Positions 10,219-20,877 of a DNA stretch of 64,000 nt are shown here, one piece after another. Every line of letters begins with the position of its first letter. The first letter of the stretch is position 1. The DNA comes from an uncultured Candidatus Rokubacteria bacterium (lineage in GTDB: Bacteria; Methylomirabilota; Methylomirabilia; Rokubacteriales; CSP1-6). The translations under genes were made by a program, and so were the position numbers. The stretch spans positions 82,724 through 146,723 of the forward strand of contig CAVWWD010000002.1 of the NCBI GenBank assembly GCA_963758635.1, in the 5' to 3' direction. Below the pieces are notes generated by a model, which saw only the letters and a list, made by a program, of their open reading frames with translations, was not told the origin of the DNA and ran no database searches.

Positions 10219-10262
10219 AGCCTATCTGGCCGCTCGTCGGCGCGCCATTGGACCTTGGTCAG
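10219..10262 (-). promoter_or_regulatory. Palindromic site 6 (10249-10262) plus -10 TAGGCT
   Basis: TGGACCTTGGTCAG; 24-nt gap to TAGGCT (minus strand, 10224-10219). Confidence 0.75.
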
Positions 10263-10406
10263 GGAGCGCTCCGCTCCCTGATACTCACGCAGTCGTGATC
10301 GGCGAGGCCGCCCGGCTCATCAGCCGTGCTCAGGTTTCAGGGAGGCTCCGGGTTGTTGGCGACAACTCCAGATAGCGCGCTGGCGGTGCCGGACCCGCGA
10401 CCGAGC

Positions 10407-11537
10407 TCAAGGCACGAACGCAAGGAACAAGAACGCCGCGAAGAGCACGAGGTGCACCGCCCCCTGCATCACGTAGGTGCGGCCGGTGCCGAGAGTGAAC
10501 GCGCTCACCAGAAACGTCAGCATGAGCATCGCCATGTCCGCCGGCCCGACGCCCAGGACCAAGGGCAACTGGAAGGCGATCGATGCCAGTACCACGACGG
10601 GAACGGTGAGACCAATGCAGGCGAGCGCGGAGCCGATCGCAAGATTGATGCTGGTCTGAAGTCGATCGGCCCGGGCGGCCCGCACCGCGGCCCACGTTTC
10701 CGGCAGCAGGATCAGCCCGGCGATCACGATCCCGACCACAGCCCTGGGCGCATCGGCGGCCTCGACCACGCCCTCGATCGTGGGCGAAAGCATCTTGGCA
10801 AGACCCACGACCGCCACGAGTGAGAGGAGGAGCAACCCGGAGCTCACCCATGCCTCCAGGGCCGTCGGCGGCTCGGCATGCACGTCCAGGTTGTCCGCGC
10901 CGGCCGCCGGGATGAAATAGTCCCGATGGCGTACGGTCTGAACGAAGATGAAGATCGCCCAGAGCACGGCGGCCGTCACGGCCACGAATCCGAGTTGCGA
11001 GCCGCTGTACGTGCCGGCGGGCGTGCTTGTCGTGAACACCGGCAAGACGAGCGTGAGGGTAGACATCACGATCAGCGCCGCAAGCCCTGCGCCAGCTCCC
11101 TCGATGCGGAAAGTCTGCTCTCGGTGCGCAAGACCGCCGAGGAGCACGCATATGCCTACGACACCGTTGCAGATGATCATCACGGCGGCGTAGATCGCGT
11201 CGCGCGGCAGAGCGGCCATGTCCTCGCCGCCTGCAATCATCATCGACAGGATGAGCGCGGTCTCGATCGCGGTCACGGCCAAGGCAAGCACGAGCGTGCC
11301 GAGGGGCTCGCCCACGCGATGCGCGATGACTTCGGCGTGGTGGACCGCTGCGATGATCGCCCCGACCAGAGCGGCGCCGCACAGCACGGCGAGCAAGGTT
11401 CCCACGCCCGCGACGACCGCAGCCACGAGCAACGCGAGCGCCAACACGGGGACAAGCCAGGTCCAGAGAGGGATGGTTCGTCCTTGGCCCGGTGGTGTGG
11501 GCGTCACCACCATCCCCCCACGCCGGGAATCGCGCAA
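10407..11537 (-). CDS. chaA: Ca2+/H+ antiporter (CaCA family, ChaA-like)
   Basis: HHAEVIAHRVGEPLGTLVLALAVT, LLPE..AAVRAA, SINLAIGSALA.IGLT; about 11 TMs. Confidence 0.9.
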   Translation of the reverse strand: MRDSRRGGMVVTPTPPGQGRTIPLWTWLVPVLALALLVAAVVAGVGTLLAVLCGAALVGAIIAAVHHAEVIAHRVGEPLGTLVLALAVTAIETALILSMMIAGGEDMAALPRDAIYAAVMIICNGVVGICVLLGGLAHREQTFRIEGAGAGLAALIVMSTLTLVLPVFTTSTPAGTYSGSQLGFVAVTAAVLWAIFIFVQTVRHRDYFIPAAGADNLDVHAEPPTALEAWVSSGLLLLSLVAVVGLAKMLSPTIEGVVEAADAPRAVVGIVIAGLILLPETWAAVRAARADRLQTSINLAIGSALACIGLTVPVVVLASIAFQLPLVLGVGPADMAMLMLTFLVSAFTLGTGRTYVMQGAVHLVLFAAFLFLAFVP

Positions 11538-11541
11538 GGGT

Positions 11542-13455
11542 TCATCCGCGCTCAGTCAGGTCTCGGGAAGGATCCGGGCTGTGGCGGGTCAGCACCTCGG
11601 CGAGGTCCGCAACGGTCGGCGTCTCGAGAAGCAGCCCGAGGGGCAGCGCGACCTGGAATCGCTCGATCACGCGGGATAGGACCCGGGTCGCGGCGAGCGA
11701 GTGGCCCCCGAGATCGAGGAACGGGTCGTGGACGCCCACGCGGTCGAGGCCGAGCACGTCGGCCCAGATCGAGACCAAGGCCTCTTCCGTGACGGTGCGG
11801 GGCGCCTGAAACGCCACGTCGAGCTCTGGTCGCTGGCGCCCGGGATCGGCCAGGGCGCGCCGGTCGACCTTTCCGCCGGCGGTCAGCGGCAGTGCGTCGA
11901 GCCGGACGTAGGCTGACGGCAGCATGTAGTCGGGCACCCGGCCCGCGAGGGCGCGGCGGAGCTCGCCGATGGACAGCGGTCCGCCACGTTCGGGAACGAC
12001 ATGGGCCACGAGACCGGTCGCGCCCGTATGGTCCGCTCGCGCCGTGACCACGGCTTCCTTCACCGTCGGCAGGGCGAGGAGCGCGGACTCGATCTCCGCC
12101 AGCTCGACGCGGTTTCCCCTGATCTTCACTTGCTGGTCCGTGCGCCCCAGGTGGAGGAGGCCGCCGTCCGCCCGCATGCGGCCGAGGTCTCCGGTGGGGT
12201 AGGTCACGCAGCCCGGCTCGGTCGGATCGGGCACGAAGCGAGCGCGCGTGAGCTCGGGTTGTCTCCAGTATCCCGGAGACAGATACCGGCTCCGGACGAC
12301 GATCTCACCATGGCCGCCGGGGCTCACCACGCCGCCGTCGTCGTCGCGGAGCGTGATCTCCACGTCGTCGACCGGATAGCCCACCGGCACCAGGTCATCC
12401 ACTTCCGGGTAGGCGCCATCGAAGAAGCAGGTACACAGCGTGCCGGTCTCCGTGCTTCCCAGCCGGACCATCAGGATGGTCGGCGTCGCGCGCCAATGGG
12501 CACGATACAGGTCGAGGTCGGCCCGGGTGACCGAGTCCGACCCGAGCTGGATGAGCCGCAGCGCCGGCAGCTCCGCGACCCCGCCCAATCCGGCCACCCA
12601 CTGGCGGAACACCGCGGGGACGGAGAAGTACACGGTGATCTCGTGTCCGGCCAGCCATGGCGTCAGCTGGTCGAGGCCCTGCCGCGCCAGGTCGAAGGGA
12701 CAGAGCGCGGCGCCGTTCAGCAGCGCGGCGAGCGTGATCTTCAGGCCCTGGCTCGCGTGGCAGGGATAGAGGAGCGCGAGGCGATCCTCGGCGCAGATGC
12801 GCAGGCCGTTGGCGTAGAGCATGGCCTCGTGGAGCCCGTTCCGATGATTCTGCGTCACGCCCTTCGGCTGTCCCGTGGAGCCCGAGGTGTACACGATGTA
12901 CGTGAGGTCGCCGGGCGCGATCGGAAGCGCGGGGTCGCTCGCGGGCAGCTCCGGGTCGAGCGCGTCGAGGTCCAGGACCCGGCAATTCGCCGGCGCATGC
13001 GCGGCCCCGGTCGCCAGGCTCGCCCCGTCGGTGAGCATGAGCGGCGCCTGCGAGTCCGCGAGGACGGCTTCGATCCGCGCCCCGGGCCAGGACGGACCAA
13101 GCGGCACGAACAGCTTGCCCGCCTTGAGGATGCCGAGGAGCGCCGCGATCATGGCGGCGCCGGTCGGCAGGAGCAACGCGATCGGCTCCTGGATCGAGCC
13201 CCGCTCGCGCAGCACCGCGTGGGCGATGCGGTTGGCGCGGCGGTTCAGCGCCTCGTACGTCAGCGTCTCGCCGGGGGTTCGGACCGCCACGCGATCGCCG
13301 TGGCGTGCGACCATCTGCGCGAAGCGCGCGGGAATGGATTGCTCGGTGTCCGCCTTGCTGAACGCGACGAAGGCGCCCGACGGATGCCTGGCCCTCGCCC
13401 GGATGGCGTGCTGTTCGGCCGGAAGCGCTGCGCTCGGGGCCGGCGGATCACTCAT
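11542..13455 (-). CDS. Standalone NRPS-like adenylation-PCP didomain
   Basis: YTSGSTGQPKG, GSTE, TGDLG, QVKIRGNRVEL, LPLTAGGKVDR, PCP FLDLGGHSL. Confidence 0.92.
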   Translation of the reverse strand: MSDPPAPSAALPAEQHAIRARARHPSGAFVAFSKADTEQSIPARFAQMVARHGDRVAVRTPGETLTYEALNRRANRIAHAVLRERGSIQEPIALLLPTGAAMIAALLGILKAGKLFVPLGPSWPGARIEAVLADSQAPLMLTDGASLATGAAHAPANCRVLDLDALDPELPASDPALPIAPGDLTYIVYTSGSTGQPKGVTQNHRNGLHEAMLYANGLRICAEDRLALLYPCHASQGLKITLAALLNGAALCPFDLARQGLDQLTPWLAGHEITVYFSVPAVFRQWVAGLGGVAELPALRLIQLGSDSVTRADLDLYRAHWRATPTILMVRLGSTETGTLCTCFFDGAYPEVDDLVPVGYPVDDVEITLRDDDGGVVSPGGHGEIVVRSRYLSPGYWRQPELTRARFVPDPTEPGCVTYPTGDLGRMRADGGLLHLGRTDQQVKIRGNRVELAEIESALLALPTVKEAVVTARADHTGATGLVAHVVPERGGPLSIGELRRALAGRVPDYMLPSAYVRLDALPLTAGGKVDRRALADPGRQRPELDVAFQAPRTVTEEALVSIWADVLGLDRVGVHDPFLDLGGHSLAATRVLSRVIERFQVALPLGLLLETPTVADLAEVLTRHSPDPSRDLTERG

Positions 13456-13485
13456 GGTGACGAGATCGTCCCATCCGCCCGCTCG

Positions 13486-13578
13486 TCACCGCTTCCAGCC
13501 GGAGGGCACCTGCCGGTGATTGGGGTTGGTGGGGTTGCCCGCATTCCAGAGGTGGATCTGCGCGTCCACGATCAGCAT
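13486..13578 (-). pseudogene. Internally deleted amidohydrolase_2 gene
   Basis: AAGGAG RBS, MLIVDAQIHLWNAGNPTNPNHRQVPSGWKR*; N-terminal DxxxH motif joined directly to a GWK-type end. Confidence 0.6.
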
Positions 13579-13617
13579 GTCGTCTCCTTCCTGAAGAGCT
13601 TCCCCGGGCGCGCGACC

Positions 13618-13947
13618 TCAGCCCCCGGCTTTGTCCATGCGCCGGAGGAACACCTCGACCTCTTTCTTGGTCTGGAGGTCCCCCGTTTCCGCCGCCACCT
13701 CGAGGCCCTTCTCGTATGCCGCCCTTGCCTCGGCCGTGCGCCCCGCCCGCTCGAGGGCGCGGCCGAGCCCCCGGTACGCTGCCGAGTAGTCCGGCTTCAG
13801 GCGGACGGCTTCCGCGTACTCCGCGGCCGCCGCCTCTGCCTGACCCGCATCCAGATAGGCGGCGGCAAGGCCGAAGCGGACCACGGGATCGTCCGGCATC
13901 AGCTCGGCCACTTCCTTGAACTCTGCGATCCGATCCTCGCCAGCCAT
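13618..13947 (-). CDS. Small TPR protein
   Basis: PDDPVVRFGLA, AVRLKPDYSAAYRGLGRAL; GGGAGG RBS. Confidence 0.85.
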   Translation of the reverse strand: MAGEDRIAEFKEVAELMPDDPVVRFGLAAAYLDAGQAEAAAAEYAEAVRLKPDYSAAYRGLGRALERAGRTAEARAAYEKGLEVAAETGDLQTKKEVEVFLRRMDKAGG

Positions 13948-13964
13948 GCGGACGCCTCCCTGCA

Positions 13965-14171
13965 TCACATCGAGTGGATGCGCTCTTCGGGCACCTCGAC
14001 CCGCTTGATCCCCTTGAAGCTGAACAGCAGCTCCACGAGGTACGTCGGTGGCGTCGTCGAGACCTGCTGAACGATGGTCCCGATGGCCTTCTGCACGTTC
14101 TGGCTGAAGAACACGCCCTTGATCGTCAGGTTGGATAGGTCGACCGTCACTCGCTGGTTGGGTTGGTACAT
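13965..14171 (-). CDS. Small hypothetical beta-barrel-like protein
   Basis: MYQPNQRVTVDL...VEVPEERIHSM; SH3/KOW-like pattern; adjacent to the TPR gene. Confidence 0.7.
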   Translation of the reverse strand: MYQPNQRVTVDLSNLTIKGVFFSQNVQKAIGTIVQQVSTTPPTYLVELLFSFKGIKRVEVPEERIHSM

Positions 14172-14613
14172 GCCTCGCTCCCGGAAGAGCCCCTCGCGCC
14201 GACCAACCTCATCATAGTCGAGCACCGGCTTGATCCGCTCGTACAGCTGACCGGCGCCCGCCCGAAGATGGCGGCTGTCCGGGGGAGGCTCGGTCGGGTG
14301 CTCGAGCTACGCTGAAGGCCGAAGCACGTCCGCGCGCTCCGGCATGTGGAACTCCCACGCAAACAACGACGATCAGCGGAAGCGAGGCGTGCTCACCCAA
14401 CCCGGGCCGTGATTTCCGTCGCCTCGCAAGCGTGGTTGGCGCGCGAGAAAGCTGCTACTGTGCCTTGTGGCATCGGGCCCTTCTGCGTCGCCACTGTCAG
14501 AGTCTGGCAGCTCATGTCGCCATGGCGGGGATTCGCGCAGCGGCGATCGCCGTCGGAGGGCACTACAGTTGGTGTCCCGTTCTCCGCGGGCGCAGCGGCG
14601 CCAGTCGCCGTAG

Positions 14614-15798
<1,185 letters not shown>

Positions 15799-15887
15799 TC
15801 TGGGGAGAGCGACCAGTGGTAGAGTTCGGGCAAGTCGGAGGCACCTACCAACCGTCAACCTGTTCGGTGTCGAGAGGAGGATTTCCC

Positions 15888-16049
15888 ATGCCTCTCTACG
15901 AGTACTTCTGCGACCACTGCCGCAAGGAAGTCTCCGTGAGACAGACCATCGGCGAGCACGACAAGGGCGCGGCCTGCCCCGATTGCGGGAGCCGGACGAT
16001 GCAGCCGCTGGTCGCCTCGTTCTTCTCGAAAACCTCCCGCAAGTCATGA
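15888..16049 (+). CDS. FmdB-family zinc-ribbon protein
   Basis: MPLYEYFCDHC...CPDCGS; GAGGAGG RBS. Confidence 0.88.
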   Translation: MPLYEYFCDHCRKEVSVRQTIGEHDKGAACPDCGSRTMQPLVASFFSKTSRKS

Positions 16050-16325
16050 AGGCGGCGGGGACGCGTGACGTGACCCGAGGGCTTCGAGCAGCATGCGCGC
16101 CGCGCACAGGTCGGCGGTGTCGAACCCTTCCGTGAGCCACCCGTAGACCCCGCCGAGGATCCGTCGCGCCTCGGGCCCGGCGGCGCAACTCCGCGAGGAG
16201 CCGCACGAGGCCAATGGCCGCGCGCAGCGTCAGGGAGCGCTCGTCGCGGGAGCGCGCCAGGGTCATCCACTGCCGGAAGCGCGGCTCGGCCTCGTCCGGG
16301 CGGCCCTGCGCGAGGGCTCGACGCG
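16044..16325 (-). pseudogene. C-terminal remnant of a cyclase/AAA-TPR protein
   Basis: EAEPRFRQ..TLARSRDERSLTLRAAIGLVRL and VYGWLTEGFDTADLCAARMLLEAL match the family C-terminus; no 5' part. Confidence 0.7.
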
Positions 16326-16465
16326 CAGGCCCTCCATCTCCGGAGCGAAGAAGCCGCCGCGCAGCTCTCGGGGATAGCTGTAAACCAATCCGACGATTCC
16401 TACCCCGTAACGCTTTCGTGCCCATCAAGGGCCCGTGACGTCGAGCTTCAGCAGAGGGCGAGGCT

Positions 16466-16481
16466 TGGCACCTTCGCTGCA
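16466..16481 (+). promoter_or_regulatory. Sigma54 (-24/-12) promoter
   Basis: TGGCACCTTCGCTGCA, GG-N10-GC spacing, 13 nt before the ATG at 16495. Confidence 0.6.
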
Positions 16482-16494
16482 TCGTCACCCTGGC

Positions 16495-16668
16495 ATGAAC
16501 ACCGTGATCGACCACCGATCGTGCGCATTCCCGCTCGGGCGCCTTGCGCTGTGTCTCGACTGTGAGATGTGCTTCGACGTGGGGCTCAGCGCCTGCCCGG
16601 CCTGCGCAAGCAGGACGTTCGTCCCCGTGTCTCGATTTCTGGAGCGCTCGGCCCCCGGAAGCCGCTAG
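16495..16668 (+). CDS. Small zinc-finger protein (57 aa)
   Basis: CLDC-x10-CPAC. Confidence 0.65.
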   Translation: MNTVIDHRSCAFPLGRLALCLDCEMCFDVGLSACPACASRTFVPVSRFLERSAPGSR

Positions 16669-16728
16669 GCGCGCGCCGCGCGGGCTCGATCTACCACCGT
16701 CGCGGTGCGGGCCGTCTGTGGAGGCGCC

Positions 16729-19700
16729 TCACGAACCCGTCCCGACGAACCTCCGCAGCACCTCGCAGAACTCCGCGGTCGCCGTGAAGATGGGCAGGTG
16801 TCCGCGCCCCTCGAATACGTGCAGGCGTGCGTCGGGAATGTGCTCGGCCAGGTGCCGGGCGGCGGCCATCGACACTCGCCGATCCTCAGCGCCGTGCAGG
16901 ACCAGCGTCGGCACCTTCACCTGTCCCAGGATCGGGGTGACATCCAGCTCCGGGTCGGGCGTCCAGGTGCTCAGGATGCTCTCGCGCGGCAGCCGGAGCA
17001 GGTTGCGCGCGAACTGCTCGGCCAGCTCGCCGGTATCCGGATCGCTGACGACCGTGGCCACGAAGTGCGGCATCGCGCGCTCCAGATCGCCGGCCTTCAG
17101 CGCGGCGCGGAAGCGGTCGTCCTCCTCGCTGGGAACGAGCGACATGCTGCCAGGTGTGATGTCGAGCGGCGTGCCGATCAGCACGAGCCGCTTCACGAGC
17201 GACGGCGCCGCCACCGCCAGCCTGACCACCATGTTGCCACTCTTGGAGATGCCCATCGCGGTCACCGGACCGTGCCCGGCGGCCTCGATCACGGCCCCGA
17301 TGTCGGCCGCATGGTCGGCGGTGGTGTACCCGGCCGGGATCGGGTCCGAGCGGCCGGTCCCACGCAGGTCCATCGTGATGATCCGGAACTCCTGGCAGAG
17401 GTGCTCCAGCACGGGCTGCAGGATCTCCAGCCCGTAGATGATCGGGTTCGTGAACAGCAAGGTCTCGCCGCCCCCGCCGTGCTCGTAGAACGCGAGCGTC
17501 GCGCCGGCGCGGCGGGCGAGCCGGGGCCGGTGGAGCTTGTTGGCGATCCGGCCCCGATCCGCCTCGCTGGTCTCGAGCATCAGCGCGGCGTCGTAGCTCT
17601 CGTTGGCGCGGTCGAGGTCGCCTCGAAGGCTCACAACGTCCCCGAGCAGCTCGAGCGCGCGTGCCCGATCGCTCCCGGTGTCCCCGCCCTTCGCCGCCGC
17701 CTCCGCCGCCTGGCGACACGATGCCTCGGCCGTCGCATAGGCGAAGCGCTGCTTCGCGCGCTCGGCCGCGCGCATACGGTAGTGGACCGCCCGGGTCCAC
17801 GCCTCGCCGCGCTCACAGTGGTCGGCCAGGACTTCCCCGAACGTCGGGCAGCCGGTCGGCCTGGAGCGTCTCGATCGCGTCGGCGATCCGCCAATGCAGG
17901 CGCGGGCCGCGCCACGGCGGGAGCTCGGCGTACGCGACCTCGCGGATCCGCTCGTGCGGGAAGCCGAGACGCTCACCGACGCTGGTGAGGAGTCGCCGGC
18001 GAACGAGCTCTTCCACGGCCTGGGCCGTCGCGTCGTCATCGAGCTCCCCGACCCGGCGCAGCATCTCGAAGTCGAACTCGCGGCCGATCGCTGCGGCCAC
18101 GGTGAGCAGTGAGCGGCTGCGCTCGGTCAGACGCTCGATCCGGCGGCTGATCACGTCGCGAGCGCGTCCGGGCAGCGCTGGGCTCTCCGGCAGCCCGCGC
18201 TCCTGGATCTCGCGCATCATCTCCACGGCCACGAGCGGGTTGCCCTCGCTGGCCGTCCAGATCCGCTCGCCGAGCTGCGCGGCGCGAACCGCGAAGCTGG
18301 CAGGAGTCAGCATCGTGACCAGCGCGGCCGTGTCGCCTCGCGACAGCGGGGCCAGGCCGAGCGTGACGACGTGCCCGGCGCGCGCGAGATCGGCCAGGGT
18401 GTGGCGCAGGAGCGCGGCGTCGTCGAGCTCCTCTTCGCGCGCCGTGATCACGACGAGCAGTCGCTCGGTCGGAGCCCGGCGCGCCAGGTACGCGAGCAAG
18501 CGCAGCGTCAGCTCGTCGGCCCAGTGGAGGTCCTCCAGCACGACCAGGACCGGATCGCGGGCGGCCAGACCCTTCAGCAGCGCGGAGATGGCCTCGAACA
18601 GACGCCGGTAGTCCACGGTGGCCGGCAACAGCGGGGCGGTCGCCACCTCGGGCAGCAGGCGAGCGAGCTCGACGCGCCGGGCCGGGTCCAGCGCATCGAG
18701 GACCTCGCGGTCGAGCTCCGCCATGCGCAGGGCGTCGACGATCGGACCGAACAGGAGGATCCGATCGCTCTCGTACGCCCGGCCCAGCAGCACGCGCGCG
18801 TGGCGCCGGTGCGCGTGGGCGATCAGCTCCTCGGCCAGTCGGGTCTTGCCGATCCCCGCCTCGCCCAGGACCGCGACGAGCCCGCCGCGGCCGGCGCAAG
18901 CGCGCTCGAGGGCGTCGCGGAGACGGGTCATCTCCGTCTCGCGCCCGATCAGTGGGGTCTCCGCCGGCCGCCCCTCCGGAGTGCGGCGTCCTCGCGCCGG
19001 CTTCGCCACGCGGGCGGTGCCGCCGCCAGTCCCTCGCTGGAGGATCTCCCGGTAGAGCTGCCGCGTTTCGGCCTCGGGCTCGACACCCAGCTCCCGCTGC
19101 ACGACGTTCACACACTCCTGGTACTGCCGCAGCGCCGCCCCTCGCTGTCCGAGCTGCGCGTACAGCCCCATGAGCGTTCGGTGCACCGGCTCCTGGAGAG
19201 GATCGAGCGCGAGCAGCCGGTGCGCCGCGTCGATCGCGGGCTGGAGCTGTCCCGCCTGACGCTGCTGGGCGAGCAAGCGCGTCACGCCATCGAGCGCGCG
19301 GTCGTGCAGTCGCGCCCGCTCGCTCCGCAGCCAGGCCTCCCACGGCTCCTCCTTCACCGTCAGTCCGGCCAGGAGCTCGCCACGGTACAGCGCGGCCGCC
19401 TGGTCGAGCGCCCGAGGTGTGCCGTCGTCGAGCAGCCGCGTGAAGGTCGCCACGTCGAGATCGATCCGGTCGACGTCGACGGCCACCGTGTCGCCTTCGA
19501 CGCGAAGGAGAGACGCCGAGGCGGCCAGAGCGCCGCCGGAGCTCGTACAGGGCGTGGCGCAGGCTGCCGCGAGCCTGCTCGTCGGGCATATCGCCCCAGA
19601 GCATCGCGGCCAGGTTCTCGCGACGATGGACACGACCGGGGTGCAGGACCAGGTAGGCCAGCAGGGCCTCGGCCTTCCTGGTGCGCACGCTCACGGCAGG

Positions 19701-19757
19701 GCCCGACTCCAGTCGAGCCTGAAACCCGCCGAGAAGGCTGAGATGCACTCGTCGCAT
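16729..19757 (-). CDS. SARP/BTAD regulator with AAA ATPase and C-terminal alpha/beta-hydrolase (frameshifts ~19535, ~17840)
   Basis: LSLLGGF..KAEALLAYL, BTAD LYRGELL/DPLQEPVHR.LM, GEAGIGKT, LEDLHWAD, GNPL; hydrolase DLRGTGRS, GISKSG, GHLP. Confidence 0.88.
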
Positions 19758-19827
19758 GCGCTCCCTGGCCCGTGGGCCGATCGTATCACTCCCGGAACGG
19801 ATCACTCCGTCCGGCCCGCCGTGATGT

Positions 19828-19855
19828 TTCACGACGCGTCGACGCTGCGTTCACG
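19828..19855 (+). promoter_or_regulatory. Three direct repeats with 11-bp period (putative SARP site)
   Basis: TTCACG 19828, TCGACG 19839, TTCACG 19850. Confidence 0.6.
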
Positions 19856-19917
19856 CCCCGCCGCGATAACGGGCCCAGTGCGCGCGCGTGGACGCGCACG
19901 GAAAGGGAGGACGCATC

Positions 19918-20859
19918 ATGAAGGCGTCACTGGCAACGCTCCTGGCTCTTCTCGCCCTGTGGGCCGTCACGGAGGTCGGAATGGCTCGAGACGCCCGGAA
20001 CGCTCGCGACGGAGGCAAGCGCATGACCCTTGCGAAGATCGACGGCGCGGAGCTGGAGTACGAGGTGCGCGGCAGCGGCGAGCCGGTCGTGCTCGTCCAC
20101 GCGGGCATCTTCGCCGACTGGTTCAAACCGCTCCTGGACGACCACATCCTCACGAGCCGCTACCGGGTGGTGAGCTACCACCGCATCGGGTACGCCGGCA
20201 GCAGCCGCGTGGCCGGGTCGGTGAGCATCGCCGACCAGGCCGCCCACCTTCGCGGCCTGATGCGTTACCTGGGGATCGCGCGAGCGCACGTCGTCGGACA
20301 CTCCTCCGGCGGGAACATCGCGCTGCAGCTGGCCCTGGACGCGCCGCAGCTGGCGCAGTCCATCGTGCTGATGGAGCCGGCGCTTCCCGTGCCCACGCTG
20401 GGCCAGGAGCGGATGCTGTCGATGCGAGCGGCGATGGCGCCGGTGTTCGAGGCCTATCGCGCCGGTGACAAGGCCCGCGCCGTCAATGGCTTCATGCGTG
20501 GCGTGTCGGGGCCGGACTATCGTGCCGTGATCGACCGGGTGCTCCCCGGCGCGTTCGAGCAAGCCGTGGTCGACGCGGACACGTTCTTCGGCCAGGAGCT
20601 GCCTGCCGTGCAGCAGTGGTCCCTCCGGCGCGAGGATGCCGCTCGCATCACGCAGCCCGTCCTGTCAGTGGTCGGCGCGAAGAGCCAGCAGCTTTCGCAG
20701 ATCTGGACGGAGCGTCACCAGATGGTGCTTGCGTGGGTGCCGAACGCGGAGGGGTTCGTGCTGCCGGACGCGACGCACCTGCTGCACGTGGAACATCCGC
20801 GCGCCGTGGCCGAGGCGCTTGCCGCGTTCTTCGCGCGCCACCCGGTCAAGGTGCCGTGA
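19918..20859 (+). CDS. Alpha/beta hydrolase (possibly secreted; alternative start 20023)
   Basis: GHSSGG nucleophile elbow, THLLHVEHP; signal-like N-terminus. Confidence 0.9.
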   Translation: MKASLATLLALLALWAVTEVGMARDARNARDGGKRMTLAKIDGAELEYEVRGSGEPVVLVHAGIFADWFKPLLDDHILTSRYRVVSYHRIGYAGSSRVAGSVSIADQAAHLRGLMRYLGIARAHVVGHSSGGNIALQLALDAPQLAQSIVLMEPALPVPTLGQERMLSMRAAMAPVFEAYRAGDKARAVNGFMRGVSGPDYRAVIDRVLPGAFEQAVVDADTFFGQELPAVQQWSLRREDAARITQPVLSVVGAKSQQLSQIWTERHQMVLAWVPNAEGFVLPDATHLLHVEHPRAVAEALAAFFARHPVKVP

Positions 20860-20877
20860 GGCGCAGCGGAGGCTGAG

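Noticed and set aside
2780..10262. Palindromes as CRISPR repeats, REP elements, attC sites or terminators
   Set aside because: Only 14 bp, irregular spacing, no cas or integrase, and consistently upstream of a -10 box rather than downstream of genes
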